Part shown: piece by piece, positions 53,492 through 61,509 of the stretch
Layout of the letters: each line of letters opens with the position of its first letter
Position numbering within the stretch: the stretch's first letter is position 1
Source: a bacterium
GTDB taxonomy: Bacteria > Myxococcota_A > UBA9160 > UBA4427
Direction of reading: 5' to 3'
DNA: 64,000 nt
Assembly (NCBI GenBank): GCA_031413515.1
Contig: JANOFF010000143.1
Location: 10,539 to 74,538 of the forward strand
Notes under the pieces: generated by a model
The model's input: only the letters and a program-made list of their open reading frames with translations
Told to the model about the DNA's origin: nothing
Databases searched by the model: none
Position numbers and translations under genes: made by a program

Positions 53492-56110
53492 TTGCGGGGT
53501 GCGAAGGTGAAACGGGAGAACGCCCATCGAGCGTTCTCCGGCCCGGTCTCTTGGACTGGATTCGTGGTCGTCTTCGCGCTGGTCGCGGCGATCTCGGCGG
53601 GCGTACTTGCGTACTTCCGTCAGCGAACCATCGAACAACGCCGACATGCGGCGTTCGCCGCCGAAGCGGGTCCCCTGACCATCCCGGGTCTGACCTCGGC
53701 CGTGGAGATTCTGCGAGATGCCCGCGGTGTGCCCCACATCCAGGCGATCCGCGAGCAAGACGCGTGGCTGGGCCTCGGATTCAGCCACTCGCAGGATCGG
53801 CTGGCGCAGATGCTCTGGCTGCGCCGCCTGGCGCGTGGACGCACGTCCGAGATCGTCGGCGCCCCGGGTCTCGAGGCGGATCGCATGGCGCGCACACTCG
53901 GGATCTCCTTGCTCTCGGAAGCCCAGGCGGATCGTCTCGACGCCGACACCCGAGCGATCCTCGAGGCCTACTCGGCTGGCGTCAATGGCCGGATCGCGCG
54001 ACTGCGCTCTCAGTACACCGCACCCCCGTTGGCCCTCGCCGAACCCGTCGAGTCGATCGAGGACTGGCGGCCGGCCGACAGCATCGCGGTACTCAAGCTG
54101 ATCGCCTGGAGTGCCAGCAACCTGATCGAGACCGGCATCGTGCTCGACGATCTGATCGAGCGTCTCGGCAGTCAGCTGGCACTGCCGTTTCGTCCGAGTG
54201 GTGCCGGGGTTCGGGGCGTCGAGGTAGCTGGTGACCTGTCGCCCGACGACATCGCGCGGACCGCACCGAGCAGTCCGGTGGATGAAGTTTCCGAGCCGAG
54301 CCGTGATCTCGTTCTCGGCAGCTCGATCTTCGGAGGCACCGGCTGGGTGCTCGGCGGTCGTTACAGCGAGAGTGGTGCTCCGATCCTGGTGGCAGATCTG
54401 CACTTGCCCCCGACCGTGCCTTCACTCTTCTATGAGGTGCACCTGCGCGGCGGAGATCTCGATCTGGCCGGCGTCACGATTCCCGGAATGCCGATGGTCT
54501 GGGCTGGTCGGAATCCGCATGTGGCCTGGGCGGCGATTCCAGCGCGGGCGGTCACGGTCGATCTCTACAAGGAGACGATCCGCATCGAGGAGGGGCTCTA
54601 TCAAAACGGCATGCGATGGGTTCCCCTCGAAGAGAGAACGGAGGAAATCCGGGTCAAGACAGCGGATGGATTCGAGACACTGGAATGGCGGGTTCGCTCG
54701 ACCCGTCACGGACCCCTGATCGACTCGCTCCTGCATCCCACGACACCGGATCCGTCGCTGGTCGATGCCGAATCGCGCGGCGCGGCGTCGAGGCCCCGAC
54801 GTGAGCCCCTCGCGTTGGCGTGGACGGGGGCGTTACCTGGGGATGGCATCGGTCCACTGCTCCGCATCGCGAAGGCACACAGTCGCCAGGACCTGCTCGT
54901 GGCACTTTCGAAGCATCACGAACCCGTCGTGTCGGTCGTCCATGTCGACGGGCGCGGGCGTGCGGGGATCCAACTCGCCGGTTGGTTGCCGAGGCGCGGC
55001 CTGCCCACGAGCCTCGTACCCGTTCCGGGGCGTCTGCGGCTCTTCGACTGGCGCGAGCCGATCGACTTCGATGCGTTGCCGGCGGCAGATTTCGACGCCT
55101 CGCTCGATGCGCCGGGCCCGGGCCAGTCACCCGGCTATCTGGCGGTCGCTGATGGGCCGATCGGGGACAAGCTGCCTGGGACTGCGATCGAGTGGCTCTG
55201 GCGTGTCGGAGAGACACAGAAGCGTGTCGAGTACCTGCTCGGCCAGATCACGGATCCGGAACGTCGACCAGTTCCGTCAGCCCCGGGAGACGAAGGACCG
55301 GGACGGGTGGACATCCGCGCCGCCATGGCGATCCAGCGTGATGTCGGAGGTCGCGCGGTGCTGGACGTCGTCCCACCGCTGCTGCGACTGGCTCGCCGTT
55401 CCGGGCCGTTGCGGCCCGAGGCCGCGGAGGTGGCCGACGTGCTGGCCGGATGGGACGGCACCTCCGATCCAGGCAGTCGTGGCGCGGCCGCCTATCAACT
55501 GTTTCTGGAGCATCTTTCCGACGAACTGTTCCGTGAACCCTTCGGAGAGGAGCTCTACGCCCGCTACAGAGGGCTTCCTGGCGTCCGCCCGTCTGCCGTG
55601 GTGGCTAGCATCATCGTGGCGGCCGACCGGGTCGACGCGAGCGGGGGCTGGACAGATGCGGAGGACATGACGGCGGCGGTGCGAACCGCTCTGCGACGAA
55701 CCTGGGTGAGCCTGACGAATCGCCTCGGGTCGCATCGTCCGAGCTGGCACTGGGGAAGTCTGCATCGACTCACGTTCTTCTCGTTCGTCGGACTGACGCG
55801 TGGACCGGCAGCGGATCTGCCGCGGATCGGCATGGGAGGTGATGCGAGCACCATCGCCCACTCAGGCTTCGATTCCGCTCGGGGATTCACCGTGACGAGC
55901 GCTTCGACGTTCCGGATGGCGGTCGATCTGGCGACGCCGGACCAGCTGCTCACGAATCTCGCGCCGGGTCAGTCCGAGCATCCGGGTCATCCCCACTATG
56001 GCGACGGACTGGTGCGCTGGCTGGAGGGTCGCCCTTCGCTCCTGCTGACGAGTCGACTGCTCGTCGAGGAGGAGGGCGGCGAGAAGCTGCTGCTCGAGCC
56101 GGCAGAGTGA
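53492..56110 (+). CDS. Penicillin/AHL acylase family (peptidase S45, Ntn-hydrolase fold) homologue with N-terminal membrane anchor
   Basis: The anchor helix is WTGFVVVFALVAAISAGVLAYF. IEILRDARGVPHIQA..DAWLGLGFSHSQDRLAQM...ILVADLHL...GVTIPGMPMVWAGRN..VAWA. The start is either the TTG at 53492 or the GTG at 53507. The upstream 300+ codons of the 1186-aa ORF run antisense to pgk and are not credible. Confidence 0.85.
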   Translation: MRGAKVKRENAHRAFSGPVSWTGFVVVFALVAAISAGVLAYFRQRTIEQRRHAAFAAEAGPLTIPGLTSAVEILRDARGVPHIQAIREQDAWLGLGFSHSQDRLAQMLWLRRLARGRTSEIVGAPGLEADRMARTLGISLLSEAQADRLDADTRAILEAYSAGVNGRIARLRSQYTAPPLALAEPVESIEDWRPADSIAVLKLIAWSASNLIETGIVLDDLIERLGSQLALPFRPSGAGVRGVEVAGDLSPDDIARTAPSSPVDEVSEPSRDLVLGSSIFGGTGWVLGGRYSESGAPILVADLHLPPTVPSLFYEVHLRGGDLDLAGVTIPGMPMVWAGRNPHVAWAAIPARAVTVDLYKETIRIEEGLYQNGMRWVPLEERTEEIRVKTADGFETLEWRVRSTRHGPLIDSLLHPTTPDPSLVDAESRGAASRPRREPLALAWTGALPGDGIGPLLRIAKAHSRQDLLVALSKHHEPVVSVVHVDGRGRAGIQLAGWLPRRGLPTSLVPVPGRLRLFDWREPIDFDALPAADFDASLDAPGPGQSPGYLAVADGPIGDKLPGTAIEWLWRVGETQKRVEYLLGQITDPERRPVPSAPGDEGPGRVDIRAAMAIQRDVGGRAVLDVVPPLLRLARRSGPLRPEAAEVADVLAGWDGTSDPGSRGAAAYQLFLEHLSDELFREPFGEELYARYRGLPGVRPSAVVASIIVAADRVDASGGWTDAEDMTAAVRTALRRTWVSLTNRLGSHRPSWHWGSLHRLTFFSFVGLTRGPAADLPRIGMGGDASTIAHSGFDSARGFTVTSASTFRMAVDLATPDQLLTNLAPGQSEHPGHPHYGDGLVRWLEGRPSLLLTSRLLVEEEGGEKLLLEPAE

Positions 56111-57183
56111 ACCGCTCCTCGGCTGAACCCGCGATCCTCTTCGTCGAGGTCCCGGACTTCTACGCAGAGGTCGAACGGCGCCACGGCCGGGGACTCGAGT
56201 CCAGGGCGATTCTGGTCGGAGGCGCTCCGGACAAGCGGGGCAAGGTCCAATCGGCGAGCGCCGAGGCGCGCGCCGCTGGAGTCCGTGCCGGGATGCCGAT
56301 GCACGAAGCGCTCGCACTGTGTGACGACGCACTGCGAATCCCGACCGACATGCGGCGCTACCGCGAGGCCCAGGAACGGCTCGATGTGTGCCTCCGTCGG
56401 ATCGAGGGGGCGATCGAAACTGTCGGGTTCGGAGCCGCCTACCTCGAGGACACACACAGCGACGTGTCACCGGAGGTTCGTGCTGAACGGCTGGTCGGGG
56501 CCGTGTGGAGCGAACTCGGATTGCCGCTGCGAGTCGGGATCGGACCGACGAGACTGATCGCGCGACTCGCCGCGGCGAACGTCGGCCGCACCGGTGTTCG
56601 CCGCGTGACCTCGAGTGGAGCGGCGGCCTTTCTGGCGCCGCTTCCCGTGGCGTGTCTGCCGCGCGTCGGAACCAAGGCACAGTCGCGCCTCGTCGCGCTC
56701 GGCGCCGAAACGATCGGCGACGTGGTGGCGCTCGGCGGCGCCGTCGTGGAACGGGAACTCGGTGCGCGAGGTCGCGCGATCATCGAGATGGCCGAGGGTC
56801 GCGACGACTCGGCCGTCCGGGCGATCCGCCACCGCAGGACGATCAGCCGCGAGATGACGCTCGCCACAGCGGATCCCAGCCGCGACGAACTCGGCGAGTG
56901 TCTTCGGCGGCTCGCAGGGACGCTCGAGAAACAACTCCTCCGGCACGGACTCCGTGGGGGCCGGATCGCGCTGCGGGTCCGGTTCACGGACCAGACCACC
57001 GCAACGCGCAGCCTGACCCTCGGGGATCGAGTCGACGACGGACTGATCCTCGATGCCCACGCGCGGGTGCTGCTCGGCCGGATCGACGTGGGTTCACGTC
57101 GAATCCACGGTCTCGGCCTGACCATCGCAGGGCTGGCCGAGGCGGGCAGCCACGAGGCGCAGCTTGAGCTGTTTCGCGATTAG
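56107..57183 (+). CDS. Y-family DNA polymerase (DinB-like) homologue with degenerate catalytic residues
   Basis: 358 aa with a GTG start. It aligns with DinB (ILVGG...RGKVQSASAEARAAGVRAGMP...ALALC). It reads VEVPDFYAEVE where DinB has VDMDCFFAAVE, and GFGAAYLE where DinB has SLDEAYLD. The C-terminus is QLELFRD. Confidence 0.8.
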   Translation: MNRSSAEPAILFVEVPDFYAEVERRHGRGLESRAILVGGAPDKRGKVQSASAEARAAGVRAGMPMHEALALCDDALRIPTDMRRYREAQERLDVCLRRIEGAIETVGFGAAYLEDTHSDVSPEVRAERLVGAVWSELGLPLRVGIGPTRLIARLAAANVGRTGVRRVTSSGAAAFLAPLPVACLPRVGTKAQSRLVALGAETIGDVVALGGAVVERELGARGRAIIEMAEGRDDSAVRAIRHRRTISREMTLATADPSRDELGECLRRLAGTLEKQLLRHGLRGGRIALRVRFTDQTTATRSLTLGDRVDDGLILDAHARVLLGRIDVGSRRIHGLGLTIAGLAEAGSHEAQLELFRD

Positions 57184-57280
57184 TCGGGGTAGGCCCGCTC
57201 AAGCAGCAACCCGGCCCCGCCGATGCAGAATCGTCGCATCCGCCGCCGATCTGGCTGCGTGCAGGGAGCGGTGCCCCGAC

Positions 57281-57619
57281 GTGCTCGAATCCCACGATCG
57301 CCGAAAATATCATCGAATCCCGACCGACCAGGTGATCTCGTTCGCCGAAGTCAACCAATCGGATCGCCTGGCCGTGAGTCGGAATCTTTCGACGGGCGGC
57401 ATCAGCTTCGAGGCCATCGGCTGCGAGATCAATCTCGGAGACGTGCTGCGCGTGACGTTCAACGTGGGAGATCAGACCGTCGTGGCCACGGGAACGGTGG
57501 TCTGGGCAACGGATACGGATCCCATCACGATGGAGGTCGGAATCGAGTTCCACGAAATCGATCCGATCGCGCTGTCCCTGCTCGAAGAGGCGACCCTCGA
57601 CAGCGACCTCCGAACCTGA
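57281..57619 (+). CDS. PilZ-domain protein (c-di-GMP receptor)
   Basis: A GTG start with an upstream GGGAG. The RxxxR motif (RRKYHR) and the D/NxSxxG motif (NLSTGG) are both present. About 112 aa. Confidence 0.8.
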   Translation: MLESHDRRKYHRIPTDQVISFAEVNQSDRLAVSRNLSTGGISFEAIGCEINLGDVLRVTFNVGDQTVVATGTVVWATDTDPITMEVGIEFHEIDPIALSLLEEATLDSDLRT

Positions 57620-57703
57620 ACACACGCGGCCCGGTCTCCAGCGACGCGCAGGCAAGGAATCGCAGCTTGACACCCGCAGGGGCCGGGTGCGACTGTCTGG
57701 CGC

Positions 57704-58936
57704 ATGTCGGACTTCCACCAGACCGGAGTCATCACATCACTCCACCGTCTGGGTCCCGTCGATCTGCCTCGTCTCGAGCGCGATCTGGTCGGGTACTCGG
57801 CCGATCGACCGATCGCTCTGGTGCTTCCTTCTCTGTCGTCCGAAATGCGCGGCCCGGCCCTCAAGGGCATCGTGGAAGAGTTGGCCCGGGTGCCGTACCT
57901 GCGGCAGTGCGTGATCAGCCTCTCGGGACCGGCCGCGCTCGACGAGTACCGTGACATGCGGTCGCTGTTCGCGGATGTGCGCTGCCTCGACGGATCTCCG
58001 GCGACGGTGATCTGGGGCGACGGTCCACGGGTCGGCGCCCTGTTCGAGCGGCTGCGCGCCGAGGGACTCGATCCCGGTCCGGATGGCAAGGGACGCGCGA
58101 CCTGGATCGCGTACGGATATGTGCTCGCGAGTCAGGTGTCGCGGGTGATCGCGACCCACGATTGCGACATTCTCGACTATCGCCGGGAGCTGTTGGCCCG
58201 GCTCTGTTATCCGACCGCCAACCCGAACATGAGCTACGAGTTCGCGAAGGGCTACTACAGCCGCGTCACGGATCGCCTGCACGGCCGCGTCACGCGGCTC
58301 TTCATGATGCCGCTGCTGCGCTCGATGAAGTCCGTGCTCGGCTCGGTTCCGCTGCTCGAGTATCTCGAGTCCTTCCGATATCCCCTGGCCGGTGAGTGTT
58401 CGATGACCACCGATCTCGCGCGGGCGAATCGGATCCCGGCCGACTGGGGGCTCGAGGTCGGCGTGCTGGCCGAGGTTTTCCGAAACAGTGCGTTGAAGCG
58501 GGTTTGTCAGGTCGAACTCGTCGAGAACTACGATCACAAACATCAGGACCTGTCCGGCCACGATCCGCGCTTCGGACTGCATCGAATGGTGCGCGACATC
58601 GCCGCGTCGTTGATCCGCAACCTCGCGAGCTATGGCGTCGAGTTCGAGGCGGGCTTCCTCAATACGATGATCGCCGCGTATCTGCGGACCGCCCAGGATG
58701 CCATCGCGAGCTACAGCAATGATGCGAAGCTGAACGGACTGCACTTCGATCGGCATGCCGAGGAAGTCGCAGTCGAGACGTTTTCGGGCGCGTTGCGCGC
58801 GGCTGGCCTCGATTTCGTGCGGGATCCGATGGGAAGCCCGCAGATTCCCAACTGGAGCCGCGTCGCCTCGGCGATGCCCGAGTTCCTGTACGAACTCAGG
58901 GACGCCGTCGAGGCCGATGCCGAAGACGCCGGTTAG
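57704..58936 (+). CDS. GT81-like glycosyltransferase (glucosyl-/mannosyl-3-phosphoglycerate synthase-like)
   Basis: 410 aa. MSDFHQTGVITSLHRL..., a DxD (HDCDILD), then GRVTRLFMMPLL, YPLAGECSMT and DWGLEVGVL. These parallel the GpgS motifs GRVTELVARPLL, QPLSGEYAAS and GYGVEIGLL as I recall them. Confidence 0.7.
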   Translation: MSDFHQTGVITSLHRLGPVDLPRLERDLVGYSADRPIALVLPSLSSEMRGPALKGIVEELARVPYLRQCVISLSGPAALDEYRDMRSLFADVRCLDGSPATVIWGDGPRVGALFERLRAEGLDPGPDGKGRATWIAYGYVLASQVSRVIATHDCDILDYRRELLARLCYPTANPNMSYEFAKGYYSRVTDRLHGRVTRLFMMPLLRSMKSVLGSVPLLEYLESFRYPLAGECSMTTDLARANRIPADWGLEVGVLAEVFRNSALKRVCQVELVENYDHKHQDLSGHDPRFGLHRMVRDIAASLIRNLASYGVEFEAGFLNTMIAAYLRTAQDAIASYSNDAKLNGLHFDRHAEEVAVETFSGALRAAGLDFVRDPMGSPQIPNWSRVASAMPEFLYELRDAVEADAEDAG

Positions 58937-58947
58937 GCGAGGGCGGC

Positions 58948-60339
58948 GTGCTCTACCGACACAGCGAGGTCCTTCGGAGCCTGGTGATGCTCGCGGACCT
59001 CGCCCTGTTGGCGGCCGCGTGGCTGGGTGCCTACTGGCTGCGATTCGGTACCGGAATCGATGTCCCTCTCGGCGTGCCGCCGTTTCGCGCGTATGCGCTC
59101 GCGCTCCTGGCCATCATCCCGGTGGGCTGGGTGCTGCTGAGTCGATCGGGAGTGTACGAGCCGAAGCGTCTCGGATCCTTGCTCGGTGAATCCGTCGACA
59201 TCGTGAAGGCGAACGCCACCGGTGTCGTGATCTTGTTGGCCGCTTCGTTCTTCGTTCGGAGCTACTCGTTTTCACGCGGGGTCGTGCTGATCTTCAGCGT
59301 GGCGGCTCCACTCCTGCTGGTTTCGTTCCGTGTCGTGGTCCGGACCACTCTTCGCCGGTTGCGGCGACGGGGATACAACCGGCGATTCGTGATCGTCGTC
59401 GGCGGCGGTCGACTGGCCGAGGAGGTGATCCAGCGGATACACGATCATCCACAAGCCGGGCTGCACGTTCGCGGAGTGTTGGCCGACGGGTTGACCGGTC
59501 GCGAAATCCACGGTGTGCCGGTCGTGGGTGGCTACGGGGATCTCTCGCACACCCTCGGTCTCGAGCGGATCGATCAAGTGATCCTGGCCCTGCCGCGCGA
59601 CGAGTGGCATCGCCTCGACAAAATCCTGTCAGAGCTCGAGGACTCGACTGCAAACGTGAAGCTCGTGCCCGACCTGCTGCACATCATGACCCTGCGCAGC
59701 TCTGTCGAGGAACTGGACGGCCTGCCGATCATCAATCTGCGCGACACGCCGCTGGTCGGCTGGTCTTCGGTCCAGAAGCGCGCGTTCGATCTCGTGGGAA
59801 GCGCACTCGGATTGACACTCGGTCTTCCCCTGTTCGTTGCGATCGGCCTGCTGATCCGGATGATCTCGGGCGGACCGGTCCTGTACCGGCAACGCCGCGT
59901 CGGACTGGACGGTCGCGAGTTCGACATGCTGAAATTCCGCAGCATGCCAGTGGATGCCGAGAGCGAGGGAGCTTCGTGGTCCCGGCCGGACGATCCGCGT
60001 CCGACACGACTCGGCGCGTGGCTTCGCCGCATGTCGATCGACGAACTTCCGCAGCTCTGGAACGTCTTCCGGGGCGAGATGAGTCTGGTCGGCCCGCGCC
60101 CCGAACGGCCGATGTTCATCCAGGAGTTCCGTCGAGAGATCCCCGGCTACATGCTGCGGCACAAGGTCAAGTCGGGGCTGACCGGATGGGCGCAGGTGCA
60201 CGGCTGGCGCGGAGATACCTCGCTGCACGAGCGGATCGAACACGACATCTACTACATCCAGAACTGGTCGCTCGGTCTGGATCTGCAGATCCTGGCGATG
60301 ACGATCTCGAGCGCTCTCCGGGGTCGCAACGCCTACTGA
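58948..60339 (+). CDS. Undecaprenyl-phosphate hexose-1-phosphate transferase (WcaJ/EpsB-type priming glycosyltransferase)
   Basis: 463 aa with a GTG start. Multiple N-terminal TM helices are followed by KRAFDLVGS...PVLYRQRRVGLDGREFDMLKFRSM...DELPQLWNVFRGEMSLVGPRPE...KSGLTGWAQV. Confidence 0.92.
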   Translation: MLYRHSEVLRSLVMLADLALLAAAWLGAYWLRFGTGIDVPLGVPPFRAYALALLAIIPVGWVLLSRSGVYEPKRLGSLLGESVDIVKANATGVVILLAASFFVRSYSFSRGVVLIFSVAAPLLLVSFRVVVRTTLRRLRRRGYNRRFVIVVGGGRLAEEVIQRIHDHPQAGLHVRGVLADGLTGREIHGVPVVGGYGDLSHTLGLERIDQVILALPRDEWHRLDKILSELEDSTANVKLVPDLLHIMTLRSSVEELDGLPIINLRDTPLVGWSSVQKRAFDLVGSALGLTLGLPLFVAIGLLIRMISGGPVLYRQRRVGLDGREFDMLKFRSMPVDAESEGASWSRPDDPRPTRLGAWLRRMSIDELPQLWNVFRGEMSLVGPRPERPMFIQEFRREIPGYMLRHKVKSGLTGWAQVHGWRGDTSLHERIEHDIYYIQNWSLGLDLQILAMTISSALRGRNAY

Positions 60340-61475
60340 GCCGGAGTGATCGTCGCTTCGATCTCGTTCTCCATCTCGCGCAGGAAACGATCCGTCGAGA
60401 ACGCTTCGGCATGGGCGCGAATCGACTTCGGATCGAAGGCATCCTCGTGGCGTTCGAAGCTGTGGAGTGCCGCGAGCAGTCCCTCGACGGTCTGCTCAGC
60501 GAACAGGATTCCCGTTGCAGCTTGCTCGTACGAACCTTCCGGAAACCGACATCCCGAGTCGGCCAGAGGGCGAACGCTGTCCAGCGCTCCACCGGCCGCG
60601 TAGGCGATCACCGGGCGGCCGGCCGCCTGGGCCTCGACGGCGGTGATGCCGAAATCCTCCTCCTGCGGATAGACCAGCGCGCGACACTCCGCGAACAGTC
60701 CGGCGAGGCTCGCGTCGTCGATGCGCCCGACGAACTCGACATTGGAGGGGGCGGTTCTCGCAACGTCCCTTCGGAGGGGACCGTCACCGGCCACTACGAG
60801 CCGACCTCCGTGGCGGCGGAACGCTTCGATGACGAGCCGTTCCTTCTTGTACGGGACGAAGCCCCCCACCAGCAGATAGAAGTCCGCGGGCGCATGCGTG
60901 CTCGGTCGAAAGCGTTCCACCGCGACGGGCGGATGCACGACCCGCGAGTCGCGCCGGTAGTGGATCCGGATGCGGGTCGCGACTGCTCGCGAGATCGCGA
61001 CGAATCGATCGACATCGTCCGGCGTGCTGTGTGATCGGTCGAATCGACGCAGGGCGCCGATCAGCGGGGTGGCCAGCCAACGCTTCACACCGTGTCCGAG
61101 ATAGGCATCGGTCTGATCCCAGATGTACCGCATCGGGGTGAGGCAGTAGGAAAGATGGGGAGTGCCGACCGGAACGGGAGCGCTCTTGGCTACCGCATGA
61201 CTGATCGAGAGTACGAGGTCGTAGCCACGTAGATCCAGCCGTCCGATCGCTGCTGGGAACAGCGGCAGCAGCTTTCGGTAGTGGCGCTCGACGCCCGGGA
61301 CTTCGTTCAGCGGCGATGTGTGGATCTGCAGGGCGTCGATGGCCGGTGTGGAGGTTCCGGGTCGGTGGATCAGAGTATGGAGATGCGCGTCCGGATGGGC
61401 CTGGGCGAGCGCGTCCAGGACGCGCTCGCCGCCCCTCGATCCGATCACCCAGTCGTGGACGAGCGCGATCCGCAC
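60333..61475 (-). CDS. Glycosyltransferase family 4 (GT-B)
   Basis: 380 aa. MRIALVHDWVIGSRGGERVL...LVGGFVPYKK...EEDFGITAVEAQAAGRPVIA. The gene converges on and overlaps the priming transferase by 7 nt. Confidence 0.88.
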   Translation of the reverse strand: MRIALVHDWVIGSRGGERVLDALAQAHPDAHLHTLIHRPGTSTPAIDALQIHTSPLNEVPGVERHYRKLLPLFPAAIGRLDLRGYDLVLSISHAVAKSAPVPVGTPHLSYCLTPMRYIWDQTDAYLGHGVKRWLATPLIGALRRFDRSHSTPDDVDRFVAISRAVATRIRIHYRRDSRVVHPPVAVERFRPSTHAPADFYLLVGGFVPYKKERLVIEAFRRHGGRLVVAGDGPLRRDVARTAPSNVEFVGRIDDASLAGLFAECRALVYPQEEDFGITAVEAQAAGRPVIAYAAGGALDSVRPLADSGCRFPEGSYEQAATGILFAEQTVEGLLAALHSFERHEDAFDPKSIRAHAEAFSTDRFLREMENEIEATITPAQ

Positions 61476-61509
61476 AACAGCGAGAGTAGCTTCGTCGGCG
61501 ACGCACCCG

